From contig MU058337.1 in assembly GCA_013265495.1 (NCBI GenBank), positions 1,294,777 to 1,358,776 on the forward strand: a stretch of 64,000 bases of DNA, read 5' to 3'. The translations under genes and the position numbers were made by a program. Below are positions 63,898 to 64,000 of this stretch, piece after piece. Source of the stretch: Vicugna vicugna. Taxonomy: Eukaryota. Below the pieces are notes generated by a model that saw only the letters and a list, made by a program, of their open reading frames with translations, did not search any database and was not told where the DNA came from. Position 1 is the stretch's first letter; each line of letters opens with the position of its first letter.

Positions 63898-64000
63898 TCA
63901 CTTCTCTGAATCAGTGCTATTATTTGTACCAGACATATCAAAATCGTAAGATCTTACAGGACTCTTATACAGGAAGCAAGAACAGACAACCTCGGGCAAA

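Overview
Mammalian genomic DNA with no prokaryotic features: no rRNA, tRNA or CRISPR array was seen. The L1 3' ends at ~35.2, ~51.4 and ~54.2 kb look cetartiodactyl-type and I saw no Bov-A/tA, PRE1 or CHR SINEs, so a camelid source is my inference. Most of the window is old interspersed repeat (L1, L2, L3/CR1, MIR, MaLR and ERV1 LTRs, MER58) separated by unique DNA with transcription-factor motif clusters. The single-exon ORFs in the supplied track look spurious. Reading splice signals by hand gave the main result: a plus-strand chain of nine very short exons (internal exons 28-62 nt; 36836 to ~62575). Their phases join into one open frame from an ATG at 36860 to a terminal exon with two AATAAA signals. 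It encodes a ~102-106 aa protein I cannot assign to a known family, and one 28-nt cassette exon switches between two different C-termini. There are weaker signs of a spliced minus-strand non-coding transcript. Repeat subfamilies and boundaries are recognised by eye and are approximate.
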